From a virus (Duplodnaviria; Caudoviricetes): a stretch of 25,154 nt of DNA. The position numbers and the translations under genes are program-made. The notes beneath the pieces were generated by a model, which was not told the DNA's origin, made no database searches, and saw only the letters and a list, made by a program, of their open reading frames with translations. The DNA lies in the IMG/VR virus record IMGVR_UViG_3300033272_000041, positions 1 to 25,154 of that record; one strand, written 5' to 3'. Below, piece after piece: positions 25,127 to 25,154 of this stretch. Position 1 is the stretch's first letter. Each line of letters starts with the position of its first letter.

Positions 25127-25154
25127 TTATACACAGATTTACACAGTTATACAC
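25127..25154 (+). repeat. 10-bp-period array of DnaA-box-like 9-mers (runs off the window)
   Basis: TTATACACA 25127, ATTTACACA 25137, TTATACAC 25147. Confidence 0.6.

Noticed and set aside
25008-25154. CRISPR mini-array
   Set aside because: The repeats are directly adjacent with no spacers, and there are no cas genes.

Overview
The window is a segment of a large, AT-rich lytic actinobacteriophage genome, most similar in gene content to freshwater Actinobacteria/Microbacteriaceae phages. The left part carries class Ib ribonucleotide reductase (nrdI-nrdE-nrdF) directly followed by glyA, then four tRNAs with structured spacers, endonuclease VII, FmdB-like and other small zinc proteins, a SLOG-like protein, a CMP/dCMP-type deaminase, WhiB and probable virion genes. 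The middle has a full tmRNA (tag ADKSQFALAA), an HNH nuclease, a Stealth-like phosphotransferase convergent with a GT4 glycosyltransferase, a DUF2637-like membrane protein, three more tRNAs and thyX. The right part is two divergent trains of small hypothetical ORFs with tandem paralogs and repeated gene junctions. Notable unannotated signals are: a recurring leaderless promoter layout (-10 box, 6 nt, ATG); a palindromic bidirectional promoter; Cys-rich and AT-hook microproteins; candidate ncRNAs between tRNAs; a ~30-bp hairpin whose non-Watson-Crick pairs are all G.U; and three DnaA-box-like 9-mers at 10-bp spacing at the window end. All family assignments come from motif recognition by eye; no database searches were run.
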